Below, piece by piece: positions 22,589 through 37,480 of a stretch of DNA of 64,000 nt. This stretch comes from Lepidodermella squamata (lineage: Eukaryota; Animalia; Gastrotricha): positions 2,108,001-2,172,000 of the forward strand of contig JBLDXI010000054.1 of the NCBI GenBank assembly GCA_047495785.1. Direction: 5' to 3'. A program made the translations under genes and the position numbers. Each line of letters begins with the position of its first letter. The first letter of the stretch is position 1. The notes beneath the pieces were generated by a model, which saw only the letters and a list, made by a program, of their open reading frames with translations, had not been told where the DNA came from and made no database searches.

Positions 22589-25500
22589 TCAAACCACCGC
22601 TGCCGCCGGACTCGCGCACAACTGCGCGAATTCCGGCTTCGCCGCTAACACAGTCGCGCCGACGTAGGACGCGTGATAGGCGAAGGGTGCCCGGTTGACG
22701 CGCACCTGTATCGACGTATTCGCCGGCAACAACCGCACCAAGTCCGCCTCGAGGCGCTGCGCCAGCCCTGGCAAGCACGTCGGGCCGCCGCTCAGAATGA
22801 TATTGCGGTACAACTCGCGCCTGTTGTCGATCGGACACGCTTTAATGGCGTTGAAAATCAACTGAGCGAGCGAGGGCGAGTCGTGGCATATCGCCGGGTT
22901 GACGACCCTCTCCGCCGCATGGAAGCGGCCCCAGTCGGCGGCGAACACGGTGGGCAGGCCGTCGGGCAGCTCGCAGTCGGCTAAATCGACGGTGGTTTGG
23001 AATTTGTCGCGGTTCTGCAGGCACACGTTCAAATCGCGCTCGTAGTTGTCCGAGATGAAGCACAGTTTCTCGGCGAGGTAGCGCACGATCAGCAGTTCCT
23101 TCGCGCTCGAGAACGAGCAGATGTGCTTGCCGGGCAGCGTTGCGTTGAACGCTTCGAATAGATCGTGCCCGCCGTAGGGCAGCGTTAGACAGCCGGCGAT
23201 CATCGCGCACCCGGCGACTACCGGCATTATCGAGGTGTGCTCGCCGATGTGCACGACCACCGCGTCGGTTAGACCGTAAGCGTATAGCACGAGCGGTTCT
23301 TGCGTCGAGATGAAGTGTTTGGGGAAACCGAGGCTTCGCAGAACTGCGGTTAGTTGTGAGCGTTCGGTGGGGCCAATCTCGAACGGAATTGTGAGCAATA
23401 GCTGGAAAAATTAGAAAAAGTTAGAAAAAAAGATATTTTAGATTTTAGAGTAAAAATATGAAAAATTAACAAAATTCAAAAATTCGGAAACTCGAAAATC
23501 GAATATTTTTCTAAATCACGACTGAAATTGAAAAAATCGGTTTTCAAAGCAATTTTTCATAGATTAGCGGACAATCCCGCAAAAAACATTTGTTTGAATT
23601 TGATGATCAGGAAAATTTGACCCGACAATTTTGGTTGAATCAAAAATTTAAACACCAACACTTAAAACCTTGAAAATCCAAAATAATTCTACAAAAAAAT
23701 TGAATTTCCATCAATAAATGGCACATAGGGCAAAATACAGCGTGTCCTAGTAACGCAATCAAAGAAAATACAGGGAAATGGGTGCAGAAATGAAAAAATG
23801 CGAGACGAAGTGACATCTCATGGCCAATTAGAAAATTTCAAAAATAACGAGAATGGGTACCACGCATGTCACTTGTTAATGGGATTGAAAAAGTCCGGAG
23901 AAATTTGGTCCAATCGGGTAAAATACCGAAAATTACCGGACCGGTTACCATCGGGTTTTTTCGGGTTTTCTCCGGTCAATTTTTCATTTCTTCGGTAAAA
24001 TCGCGGATAAAAAAATGAAATATTCTCTTAGTATGTTTGATTGGGCGGTTCCTCTGGCCAATTTAGTTGAATTTCCTACAAAAAGTTGCCAAATTAAAAA
24101 ATAACTGCGCTTCAATTTTTTCGATTAACCCCGAAAGAAAAAGAATTTCATCCAAATTACATACTCAAATCGAAAAATTGAACTTTGAAATGAAATTTAA
24201 AAAAAATCAGATTTAATTTGTCCGCCCTATATTATCGATGGATTATCGAAATGAGAGGTAAATTGAAGAGTTAAATGTTCGCCATTCTTACCGAGTAAGC
24301 ACTAGGTTCTGAAATGCCAAGATTGTCGATGACCCGGCTGAGCAGGCCAGTTAAACACGCGAAGTCTGTTACGGCTCGTTCGCCAGAAATCGACATTTTG
24401 AAGGCATGCATCAGGCTGACTTTGTGGTCGTTATCAACCGGCGCAAACGAATCTTCGCCAAATCGAGTCCTTGAGAAAATAAAAATAATATAGGCGAAAT
24501 TAACAAAATTGACTTTTGTTAAAGAGATTTTTCAATTTAATTTGTGAAAAAAATCTTGGTAGCTAAATTCAAAATCTTTAAATTTATTCACAAAAACGGG
24601 TTGAGACTCGAAATTAATGCTTTAAAAATTTTTAAAAATTCAAAGATTTCAATTTCAAATTTTATTTTAATTTGTAAATTTTTAATTGATTTTCAATTTT
24701 AATTGAAATTTTTTAATTTAAAGAGCATACTCGATAGTGTGGCCGTCTCGAAGTGAAATTTTCGCGCCAGTCGCCGGGAAGAACACATCCGGCAAGGACG
24801 GGCGGTTCCTAAGCAGGCCGGCCCGCAGCGACGACTCGCCAATATCAACAACGAGCACGTTTTTCGCGCTCAAATCCTCGAAATTGCCATCCGCCGCAAC
24901 AGGTTGCATGTAGCGAAACATCTCCGGCAGCTCCAAAACCTGAGTAGAAAACGCGTTCAGCCACTGGTCACGCTCGTCCGGCGACGAGCATCGAAACGCA
25001 TTCCACCGGCCGTTCGGCTCTTCGACCGTAAACATGTCCGGCTCGACGAGAGCACACACCCTACCGCCGGCTAGATGCGACTGCAACGTCCGGTAGTGCT
25101 CGATAGAATCGGTCGATTTCTCCGAGACATACATCATGCCATCCCTTAGCCTCACGTATTTCCGCCGCCACGTTTTAACCGTAGTCGCCGTCTGCCGGCC
25201 GCCCTGCATCAACCGGTCCAGGTAGCCCTCCATGTTCGAAAACGAATGCTGCTGCTGTTTATTCGGGTCATTTTCCGCGTTCCCATCCAAATCGGTGATG
25301 GCGTAAATTTTGCGAACCAACGGCCTCGCGTCCCACGCCGCGAAGTTGACCTTTTTCGGCGGCAGCGCCACCTCGGCCGTGTGGAACTTGCCGATCGGCG
25401 AGTTATGCGTGTCGTCCATCAACATTCTAGCGGCTTCTTTGTGCGGAATGTTGCTTGCTGGAAGTTCGTGGGTAGTCGCAGTCGGAACCGGCGATGACGA

Positions 25501-28500
25501 TTGGCTGAATCGGTGTTTCCAATGAACAGCGTTTGCGTTTTGCGGATTCTCCTGCAGGCGCTTTTTCGTTAACTCGTACTCGTCAAGGCCGTGAACAGAT
25601 GTCTAGATGCAAAAATGGAAAAAATTGATAAAATAATTTTAGAAAAATGGCTCGATGAGAATTAATATTCCGCTAAGATGTGAATTAACGCCTGAATGCG
25701 CATTAGACTGCTTTTTTATGAGATCCTCTTGATCCACCCACATTTTTCATTCATACAGCTGGAAAAACAGGGTAAAATTGTTATTCATACAGAAAAATAC
25801 TATTCGTTTCAAAGCGCTTGATGAATGAGCTGTAGTTGGAAATTTGAATTTGCAAAATATTTTGAGGTTTAATGGTGGAGAAAGGCGTAGATAAAAATTA
25901 TTATCTCGTCACGAAAATGAGGCGGCAGTGATGGGAAAATAATTACCCCCTTCGTGCGTGAGCAGAGGTTAATGATGTGTTTTTTTTCAAAGATCTTGGC
26001 TCGTGCGCTCAAGGTATCTAGGGTTAAAATCTAACCCTTATAAACCTACAGGTCATTTCACATGAAGTGAAAAAAACTCATTTCTATCTCTAGCATGAAT
26101 TAACGCCAGAGGAACGGGTATATTAAAAATCAGGTTTTCACAACAAAATTTTCTAAAATTAAAAAATCTGCTACCTAATATGAAAAATCTCATTATTAAA
26201 TGTGTTCAAAGCTTATTTAAAATATTTTGAAAAATCCGAAAAAGCAAACGGGCTCACTTTCAAGGGAACCGAGAACCGAGTTTATTTCCTGCGGAACACA
26301 AAAATCGAATTTTGACGCATTCTGCTGTTTTCTATGATTTTGGAATTCAAAAAATTACGGTGAAATTCCACGCATTGTCTGCTAAATTTCCCACATTAAT
26401 TACGAAAAGGGTTGAAAGTGTCTAAAATCCAAGGAAATTTCCGATTTTCATGTGAACGGATAATGAACTATGAAACTTGTTACGAAGATTGAAAAATCGA
26501 AGAAATCCAGTAAAAATAGATACCAAAAATTACCAACCAATTCCCATCGAATTTTTCCCAATTTTTCCAACATTCTCCGCAAAGTATTTGAAAATCGAAA
26601 ACTAGCTGCTTAACTAATGAACATTTGTATGAAAATTATTTGGTTATTTAAAATTGGTTTCGCCAAAATATATTATTTTGAAAATCAATTCAGAACGAGC
26701 CAATTTGTCAAGTTTAATTAGCAAATGAAGCACCTATATCATGAGTTATATGCGAAAAAAGTTACATTTTTAGACGCGTTATTCACGCTAAAAATTTTGT
26801 TTGCGCAATAATTACCGCAAATGTGCAAGGTGGCTAAGAGCTCAGTTTACACTGAAACGGCCAGCGAATAATAATAATACCCAATTTTACAATAATAATA
26901 TTAATAAAACCCATGCGTCACCTTATACACCACAGAGAGCGAGCGAGAAAACGAGGCCCATTCATGTAATGTAATATCAATTAATGCGAATATAGAGCAG
27001 TTATAGCGCAGTCATTGACGTATCAACAGGTAGCAAGTAGCGCGCGGTCTAAATTATTTCAGCCGGCACGAGTCGACTGCTAACTGAATAAACTAACCAG
27101 CGTTTCGTCGTCGGCCGGTAGCTGCTGCTGTTGTTGCTGGTCGCTAATTATTTCGTCGCAGTTGTCCTCCGCCTGTTTCCCGTCATCAGTAGCCGCAGCC
27201 ACCAGCGTTTTCGTTGTTGATATTTGCGCCTCGCCGCCGTTATTTAGATCAACAGCCGCGTGTTCGTTTTCGCGTTGCCGCAACTGCGCCGCCAATTCAG
27301 CCGCCTTCGCATCGATTTCGCCCGTGATTATATTCTCGCTATTTGCGACCCAGCACTGCCGGGCCGGCGGCGCACCTGGCGACGCGATTTCATCGTCTTC
27401 GTCCTCGTCCTCTTCTTCGTCTTCTCCACTTCGCTCGCCGTTTTTCGGCTGGCTGCGGAGTGAAGATCGTAGGCTATCGATTCGCGCCAGCTCGGCGGGC
27501 GACATGCGCTCCGATTGCGCCTTAGTCTGTTTTAACAACGAAAGCAAAATCAACAATAAATCATCACAAATTAAGGCAAATAATGTGAATAAATTATTTC
27601 GGAAATTAACAACAAGACGCTATAAATTGTTGAATATAACGATTTACGTGTTCCTTTTCTATGCCGCATCGAAGACAACTCAGTTTCCACATTTTCCCGA
27701 ATTTTCGAGGTTATAGCGGAATTTTAGGCAAATATTTGTTATCTAGACAAAAAAGTCTGCGGTTCGTATTGAAAATAAAAATTTAATGGAAAAATAAAAC
27801 ATCCAGCTTAAAATTTCTAAAAAAAATGTCTACAATTTTCAAGGATTTCAAAAATTCAGAAATTATCGGAGCTATTTTCATAATACAAAATGTCATTGAT
27901 GAAATATTTTCATGGGTATGCTCAAGTTTATAAGCCAAGTTCAGTCCTACATTTACAGGAATATATAATATATAGAAAATACACAAAATGCAAGAATATC
28001 TCATTTTTTCCATATAAGTCTAAAATATGGAGCGCACAGATGCCAAATTTTATAACTCCCAAATGCCACAGAATATATTTAGGGAATATCGATTTTTTTC
28101 CCATCTAAAAACTCAATCGGCGCGTTATTCAGTGCACAAATATTGGCAATAAGAGCAAGTTCAAAACTGCCCCAAACTTAAGGAAACTATTGATTTAATA
28201 AAAAATTAGCTATATAAATTCTTTTAATAAATTATAATAATAAATTAAAAAATTCCAGAAAATTTTGAAAAAATTGAATAATAATTATTTTGCAATATAA
28301 AAGTCAGGGAAATGAATAATTCTTACCCCGTCAAGAATTTCGTTGAAATCTTCAATATCCGACTCGGTAATAGCGCTTGTAACATTCAGCTCTTCATAGA
28401 CCTGATCCTGCTTCAAATCAGCCGTGGCTTTTTCCGGCGCTTCCATCTTATCAAAATTCCTCTCAATCGCCGAAGTCGATAGAAAAGACGAATTTCGCGA

Positions 28501-31500
28501 AACACCTGTTGACGTGCTACTCGGGGTCGCTAGCGCCGATGAACCCGATGACGATGTTGTCGTACTAAACCCGAAACTAGTCGATTTTTGATCCGATGGC
28601 CGGCGAGAATTCGCAGCACTGCTTCGGTAGCTATTGCTGAGACTTTCCTCCTCGGTTGTAACGCCTTCGTTGTCGATGAAATCGCTGTTGCCGGCGAGTT
28701 GTGGCGTGAACGACTCTTTCCCAGCTGCTTCTTGCACTAAATCGTCGACGAGAATAAAATCGGACCGATTTGTGCCTCGTTTAGTCCGAAATTCGTTCGC
28801 TGAACTGGTTTGCAAAAGCCGGGTAACTAAAAATTACGAAAAATACAATAGAATAAAAATAGCTATATTGGGGAATTTTGTACGCTAAATCAAATAGCCA
28901 ATAAATCGAATTCGAATTGAGAAATTATGCAAGAATGCCAATTAGCCTTACACGCGATTTTTATATCGAGGCGCTATTTAGAAAGCGTGATAAAATGGAC
29001 GATTAATATTATACGCAAATGAGATGACGCTTCGCTTTTATCGCTGAACCGAAAACTCGGCAGGGCAGGGCATAACTTGACGCGAAAATAACAACAAAAC
29101 AACACCTGTAAATAAATACATTTTTCGGCGCGAATTTTCTTTTGCAGAAAAAAAACTGTGTTGTAATTTGCCACTTTTTTGTTCAACGTCGCCGCAATAA
29201 TGACGCGCGTTGTAAATATTTTTACTATAATTATTTATTTAAGGTCGCAAATATGTAAAAGTATTATTAAGGTTTTACACGTCGCGATTATTATACCGGC
29301 TTATCAATAATAAAATGCGATGCAATTTTTCTGGGCCTAAATTACATGTCATATATAATAATTATGTGCCAGTATCAATAGCAGAGCGATAAGCGCGACG
29401 CTGAAATAACTGCCGCGCATAAAAGCGGCGACACATCGCAGTAAAATACCCTCAGATATATTTATCATGAATTTTTTATATAGCCACGTGATAAACAATC
29501 CAGGTAAATTAAGATAAAAAATCCACCTTAATAGAATAAAAAATCGTGTTATTTCTTCGATGCAAACGCGAAATTCAATTGAAATTTTCTATAGTAAAAA
29601 TATACAATGCTGATGACTACATCATTTTGAGTGGAAATTCAGAGTTGAAGCATTGCAGAACGGAAATGAAATGTTGCTTGACGCGCGCGTGCGGATGCGA
29701 TGGGCTATTCTGTAGATTTTGCACATGTTGTATAGTAATACGCCGGTAATATTATAACTATAATACTTGCGATGAGTGAGTTGGTATTACGTTATTTTTC
29801 AACTATGTTATACTAGCCGCCGTACTACACAGGTAGAGAAGAGGCACCAGGGCCGAATGCGACACGAGAGAATGCAAATTAGCTCATTTTTATCATGACC
29901 ACAAGCCATCGTGTTTCAGGTGTATCTCGCGAGTTTACAACGCGATGAAATCAGCTAATTTTCCGCGGCTTGTTTCTACGCTTTGTACAATCGCAAAACA
30001 AACACGATAAATACACCTCGTATAGCAACCAATAAATCCAGGCTGGAAAAAAGGTCCAGGTTCCAGGTTCCTGAATAATAAGGCCAGTTGCGAGGCTATT
30101 ATTCCTGAAATTATGGAACCTGAGCAGGAAATAGGTTCCGTTCCGCTTTTTCCAAGAAAAAAATAATGACGTTCCAAATTTATTTCTCAATCATTGGAGT
30201 ACGTGGAAGAAATAATTTAAAAATTTAAAAAATCCAAAAAAAAATCACGGTTTAATTTGAATAAAAAAATTGATAAATTATTCTCAAAATAAATTAATTT
30301 AAAATTTAAATTTAAAAATTACCTGGAGGCTGTTTCATTTCGTATTCAACGACTTGATCGTCGTCATCCAGCCGCTCTTCCGACAATTTTTGAAAAATAA
30401 CCGGTTGATTAGACTGCGGCTGCAGGAAAAACTGGAAGCGCCTCGGGGTACCATTATGGCTATTATTACTGTTATTATTATTATTCGCTCTTTCCGACAT
30501 TTTCGCAGGTGTCGACGGATCAATCGACTCCATCTCAATAACCGGCTCTTCAACAGCAGCAGTATCATCAAAATTTTCTGGTTCCATCTCAGAGCCACTC
30601 CTCTGATTCGAGTTGCTATTGCTATGCGATCGGCTTGACAGAAATTTGTAACGCTGATCGGTGACTAATCTCTTCGCACTTGGCGTTTCAGTCGGCAAAT
30701 TGCCGCTGCCCAGCGCCAAATTTGAGCCCGACGTCGTGATTAAAAGCGGCGAGCCGTAACTTGAATTAGGCCCGTAAAATTTCTTCAAAATTCCCTTCCG
30801 CTTACTCGACTCAGATGTGTCAATATGCTCGATAGAGGCGCTTTCTATTAAGGGAGCTTGATCAGCAGTAGGTTGATCGTAACGCTTCTTCAAATCTCGA
30901 ACGGACAATTTCTCGTCATCTTCCGCCGTTGTTTGCTCGAAACTTATCGCAGCGACTTTATTCTCAGCGTCCCAGGAGCGGACTTTCAGCCCGAGACCAC
31001 GGCTATTCGAATAAGGGTCGATTTTCTGCGCATTTTTCGCCGGCCCCCAAACTTGTTGATGCTGATAATCGCCGCGTTTTTCGATTATTTCAATCTCAGG
31101 CATTCGGCTCTCGATTTTCGGAACGTTTCTCGCGTGAACTTGCCGTTCGTTTTCGCGGCTGTTCTTCTCGTTATTTTGGTCCAAGTTAAAGACGTCTCGA
31201 GGGCTGGGCAGAACGACCCGCCTTAACGCGACGCCGCCTATGCTCAACACGTCGTAGATCGACGTTGTATCCACCCCGCTGGCTTGGTTATTAGTCGCGA
31301 TTGCTGAGGACATTTCAGATTCGAGCAGGTCGAAATCGCCGCCGGATAAATGTTGCAGGTGCTGAGCGGCTATTAAGGAGGGTGAGAAGCACGATGGCGG
31401 TTGTGATGAAGAATCAACGTCCGGGTTGAAAAAATTGCTCGAGTTGTTGTAGTTGTATGAATCAGACGAGTAAATCTAGCGAAAAAAAGAGAAGAAATTC

Positions 31501-34500
31501 AATTGCGCAACAAAAAAATTTCGCAACAGAGAACAACTTCACAAATTTAGAAAATCAATGACAATTTTTGTAATTTAAAAATATTATTAAGAAGGATTTT
31601 TTCTGAAAAAATGACATTTCGAATGTTGTTTTTTGTCAAGGTAGCTTTTAATGCGAATTAAATCGCCAGGGTTCGCGTCTTTTTAGTCCTGGATAGAACC
31701 TTTCTTGAAATTAACGCCAAGTTATCTCATCAGCTAACGCGCAAAATATAGCTTCGACAAAACAACATAATAAATATTTATAGATTTGCCGCGTCTAATA
31801 TGAGGAGCGCGATTTTTGGCTCGCAGCTCTCCGAAAACATTGGGCGCGATTTTATTAGGAAGCGCGAGACCTTCGATTTTTAATTTTCGCGCCATGTGCT
31901 AATGCAACAATAATTATGACAAACATGAGAGAATTTTAGGGGCGATTTTCTCACACAGTGGGATAGCGAGAGGATTTTCCATGAAATTCTGAGCAATTAC
32001 ACAGATTTTTTTTCGAATTAGCGCAGATAAGCCAGATTTTCAACAAAAAAACAAAGATGATGCTTTTGCAAAAATATAAGTATCCGCGCATTACTAAAGT
32101 ATCAGGTGTCTAAATAGCATCGATGACTACTGTCAATTTAAATTTTGAAGAAATGTAGTGAATGACGACCTGTAATGATGAGCATCGCCGCCGACGCGGC
32201 GAGTGCATCAAGTGTGAGCAGTAATAAAATTACGCAACTTTCACCGCGTAATTGACACTGCGAAGACATCAAGTGTTCGATTTTACGCGTGTTAGCGGCT
32301 TCTTTTAGCGTATTTATCAATCAGCCTATAAATTAACCAAGTGTTGACCTCGATGCAAACCTATGTCGGCACAAGTTTAATCGCTTTTTCGCTATATACA
32401 TAGGTATACATCATGCATGTGACCTATAGCCGGAAATTGGACAATTAAAGGGACCTGCGAGTAATTTGAGCGGATATAGGCAGGTGCGTTTTATCCACAA
32501 GGCTCAACTATATACTACATAGTATTCTTCATTCAAGAAATCATTGTACCATAAATAGGATACAGGATACATCAACTTAGAAATAAATTGAATGCAAATT
32601 AGAGACATTTTAGGATGACATATTTTCGGATTGACGTCACAAGGTTAAACGAAAATGACTTTTCCTCTTCAAGTTCACTCAAATGTATTAATTTAGAGCC
32701 ACGATAGAATAACAGAAAATAACAAGAGGAAAAATTCAGGGTCAAGGTGTGGCAATGCCAATAATCGCACGGAGAGCGTGATTTTTAAAAAGGCCCCCTT
32801 AAAATTATTTAAGAAATAAATACTCAATAATATTTTTTCCGTAAATTCAACAGTTGAAAATAAATCAAATTGCTAATTTTATCACCAACCTGTTCAAGCC
32901 GCGGAGAAGAAACCAACAAATCGAGGTCTAACGGAGGCGGTGATTGAGGTGGCGGCGGTGGTAGAGCTTCGCCAATCGACTGTGAAGCCGCTCGTGACGA
33001 TGTCTGCGGGGAGTAGTAGTAATTTTGTCCTAAGACAGGCAGGCTAGTTGTCCTTGGCACACCGTTCTGCTGATTTTTCGCGTCAGCGTCAAATCGCTCG
33101 TCGAGAGAAACTAACAATTTCCTCTATTCGAGACGGGAAAAATACAAAATTAAGCTGAGAAGCCGAAGGAACAAGACACACGTGACCCGATTTAAATTGC
33201 TTGTCGATGACCGACAACAGTGCGTGATGACCCAAAAATACGCGCGGCGCATAATATTACCCCTAATAATACCGCATTTAGGCTGAATGTCAGATGCAAG
33301 GCTCTAAATTCGGGCAAAATTTTATTTAAAAATTCAGGCTTTAATAATTCAATTCAAAAACACGTGTTGTTGTAAGCAATTAGTCTACGCAAGGGGCATT
33401 TTTCGAAAATATGATCTTCCATAACTAGCAAGGTAGCAGCACGTGTTCGACCTTGATTAAATCGCGTGTTGTTGGAAAGTGAAATCGCGAGTGGGATGAA
33501 TAAAGCAGTGCTCAGTATTTTCATTCAGGCGTGATCTATGCGCAATTACCAGTCGGACTGTACCTATCCCAATTTTTAATACACCGAGCAGTCGAGGCAC
33601 TAAAATCGTCTAATCCTAACTTGATTATTTTCCCTTTTTTATGAGCTTAGCTTTTACTTTTTCGCCCTCGATGACAACATATCACCTAGATCTGGCTCCT
33701 AATTTAGGCTGCTGGATTACTGAAAATTCTCGTAGGAAAGACGGAAAAATAATTACCTGTAAAGCTCCATATGTGCGGATAGGTAGTGGTGTGGAAAAAG
33801 ACGTCGGTAGCTATAAAAAAAATGGAAATAAAAAATGAGTTCAAAATTGTAATTTTGGCAAACATCCATCATATGTTCTCACCTCTAAATCAGAACGGTC
33901 AAATTTAATTTAATTTCCTACGTCTGATTGATTGATTTGATGAATAATAAAGAGGAGGTATAAATTCTAGCAAATTTCCTTACAAGATGAAATCCTTGAA
34001 AAATTGAATTAGTCTCATAGCGTCCCACCTTTGTTACCTAGATAATTTTGTAACATGATGTCCACTATGAGAAATTTTATTGAATTGCGATTGAAATTGA
34101 AATTTAATTTTTTTTAATTTTTCACACGCCTACAAGTTAACAAAATTGTTTCCATACCCCAGCCGATGTCTCTTCCAAATTTATCCGTTTGAGATCGTCC
34201 GCATTTTCCGGCGAGGAAACCGGCCGGCCAGTTGTTGGCCGTTTCGAAATTTGCAAAGCCGGCGAATAATTTCCGCCATCAACACCGTGATTCTGTGAAT
34301 CGCTGCTGAAGGCAACCGGCCGCTTGCTTGCCACACCTTGCTGCAGCTGCGAATTCTGATGGCTCTTAGCCGTCAAAATCCCCCCGCCAATTTGATTGTG
34401 ATCAGAAGCTAGACATTCAGCCATTTGCTTCGCTAATTCATTGAGTTCTGCCTGGACTCGAAGTAAATGATCGGCCAGCACGCTGTAGTAGGCCGACGAC

Positions 34501-37480
34501 GGATCGACGAGTTTCAGTTTCTTCGCATATGTCGCGAATTCGGTCTGTTTCAAGCGGAATTCATGCCGCAGCCGATCAGCGCGGGCGAATACTTGGTCCT
34601 ATATATCAGAAAAAAATGAAAACATGGCTCAAAAAATGCGGTGTATTGTCTCGAAGGGTTTGAAAAATTTCCGGCATTATATACAGTATCAATTCTATAA
34701 ATCGATATAGGTATATAGTAAAATATCACCGATAAAAAGTATAGTGCTCAAATTTTTTTGTATGCGCGCATTTCCGCATGTTGGGATAAAAAAATAATGT
34801 AAACAGCCTAGATTCCACGCAAAATCGAGATTATCGAAAAAATAACAACTCTTACCGGTTGCATGATTGACTTGATTTCAGGTGTCGCAAATTTATCACG
34901 TGGTGAAATAATAATTGTAAAATTAATATCATCATTGCTATTAAACTCAGCAGTTGGCGATAACATTTTTTCTATATTTCACACAGAAAACGGATTTAAT
35001 TTTATTATATAATGGCAGCAGTCAAAAAGTCGGCGCCATTTAGATAGAGATAAAGTGATGAAAAAAATGTGAATGACGCTCGTTTTCATTCCTGTTTACC
35101 TATATAAATGAGAAGTGCTTCGACACCTAACTAAATTTTTTCTAAAAAAAAAAGTTGGTCGTAAAGTAAGATGTGAGGCTTGTATTTACACAGGTCACAC
35201 TTTCGTCAATAGTAAAAAACACACAGGTGAATAACGCAGGTAGTAATATTATTCGTCCCTATGCCTTTGACATTATATCAGGGTGTAGCTAAAAAACCGG
35301 TAGTAAATTAATGCGCACTTGAGAATTGAAAAAAAAAATTATTTGTCCAAAAAAATGAGGTATTATTTTCAGCGAAAATATATTCCCAGAGGTGTAATAT
35401 AATGCAGAATTTTTGTACTAATATCAAATTACTGCTCTATGCCTTATCGAATGGTAAGAAAGGCCAATTTGTATGCACCTTTGGCTATGTGTTTTTTTTT
35501 ATCATGCGATTGATTCAGTCGCGAAAAATGCGCTCAGGCCCAATAATGTCACATAGCAGTGCTATAAAAGTAATATAAAATAATTATATATGCGAATATA
35601 TGCGAATGATGACCATGTGCTTTGTATATTGGACGCGTAAATAAATATAGCAGTAATAATATGAATTATGCATCACCTAAATTTTCGGTTCTGTAAATAA
35701 TAAGAAGATCAAGAAATGAGTTGACAAAATTTTCACAATCTTCTTGCACTTGCAAAACAAATTTTTACGCATATATATATAGTACTGCAATATATATCAT
35801 ATACCGGCGTGGTCACGTGTAGAGTAAATAGGAAAAAATATGATAAAATTTTACGCTGAATGACCGAAGCGTGACAACGGGCCAAATTTTGCTAAGAGCT
35901 AGCACGCGTCTCACAGGTGTAAAAAGGCAAAGTGTATTACAAACTTTACATCAAATTTGGTCACTTTTGGCTCTCGGTTCAAATAAATACGAGACGTGAT
36001 TACTGGGTGTAAAATATACACAGACTTAAAAATAATTATACATCGCGCCTAGTCGTAAAGCTTTACCAAAAATATAAGGGGCTTTCTCGGTAGAAAAATC
36101 TGGCTAAAATCCGGCTAAAAACCTTAGACAGGCTTATTCTAAAAATAAAATACTCACCTTAAAATTGTAACCGGATGAATTTATTTTTGCCGCTCATTAT
36201 AAGGTGTTGTAAAAATTTTCCTGTTTTCATAAGCAGTGTTATAACGAGCTATTTATTTAATTTTCGACTTGTAAAATATTAGACTTATATTTGCTTTTCT
36301 AGGGTGGCTGCTAATGATCCGCAACTTTCCGCGCCGTAGGACAAAAGAGCGTTATTTTTGTTGACCTAATTAGCCTTGCTGAGAGTTAAACGAAGCGAGT
36401 ATCATTATGATAATGAAAAATAAGGTGTGAAGAAAAACGAGCGCGCTTTTTATACAAATTAAAGCGCGAAAATTCAAAATTCATATCTTGAAGAATTTTT
36501 TAGAGTTCCATTTTTTTAAATCGAAATGCTTCATGAAGAGTAGTAGGAAAAAATCAATGTGTTTTAAGTTTTAATTAAACAAACCACATCACGTGAATAT
36601 TTATAAGAGAGGTGTTTAATTATTTTACGCAGCATGCCAATTCAACAATGACGTATATTCATGAATAATGGCTAAAAAATAATGTGTGTTATACCTGTAT
36701 ATAGCAAGCGTTCAATTGCCGATTATTTTGCTCGTGCTGTTTACGCAGCTGCTCATGATGATGACGATGGCCGTTATTCAAGTAATTAGCGCTCGTCGGT
36801 ACCACCGTGGCGTCAGTTTTTTGTTGTTGTTGTTTGCCGGTCAACAACAACAACTCGTTGTTATAATAATCGGTACCTGCTGAGAGGGTCGTTTGATTAT
36901 CAGCACCATCTAACACGGCGCTTGGCGGTTCCATCTTGGCACCCGGTGTGATAATGATCTTCTTGCCGATGTAAACTCCACTGTTGTTATCACCACCGAT
37001 TTGGCCGTCGTCCAACACGTCGTAAAAGTAATAAAGCCGCTCGGTACCGGCCGGGTCTAATGAACCGGAACCGGTTGTTGACATGAAGTTAACTTTCGCG
37101 TAATCGAGCCATTCGTCCTTTGGCTGAGGGGTGAATAGCCCTTCTTCCATTTTTTCATAACTGCTGGAACCTAGCTGGTACCCGGTTCCAGCCGTGACGT
37201 AGCTACTAGTACTACCCGGCGAGGCTAGCATAACCTTAGCCCGAGGCGAGGTGGCATCGAATGAAGATCTCGGGGATGATAAAACGTCAGTGAAATAGTC
37301 GCTTCGAGACGAGCTAATTTTGTCGCTCAATGGCCGTTTAGCTGCCCTATCGAGGCGGAATTTCGGGTGAGGTGCCACGTAACGGGAGGGTGTCGACGAA
37401 AAACTGACCCGACTCGCTGATGATGAACTGCTCGAGTGCGCCGGAGAAAATGCGTGATAAATCGATTGATTTTGAGTCAT
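22589..37480 (-). CDS. Large multi-exon protein (about 1,810 aa): long low-complexity region, PH domain and C-terminal actin-like domain
   Basis: Phase-compatible GT-AG exons 37480-36695, 34598-34158, 33810-33757, 33123-32890, 31475-30323, 28799-28327, 27526-27098, 25602-24731, 24469-24292 and 23401-22589 (possible alternative first exon about 34965-34856; the 3' end may splice further). PH: MEGYLDR..KTWRRKYVRL..ERDQWLNAF. Actin fold: VLVVDIGESSLRAG, LYAYG, GGHDL, CPIDNRRELYRNIILSGG and SYVGATVLA. Confidence 0.8.

Noticed and set aside
25948-26265. Degenerate piggyBac-like MITE (CCCTT...AAGGG)
   Set aside because: The TIR match is poor and there is no TTAA target duplication.
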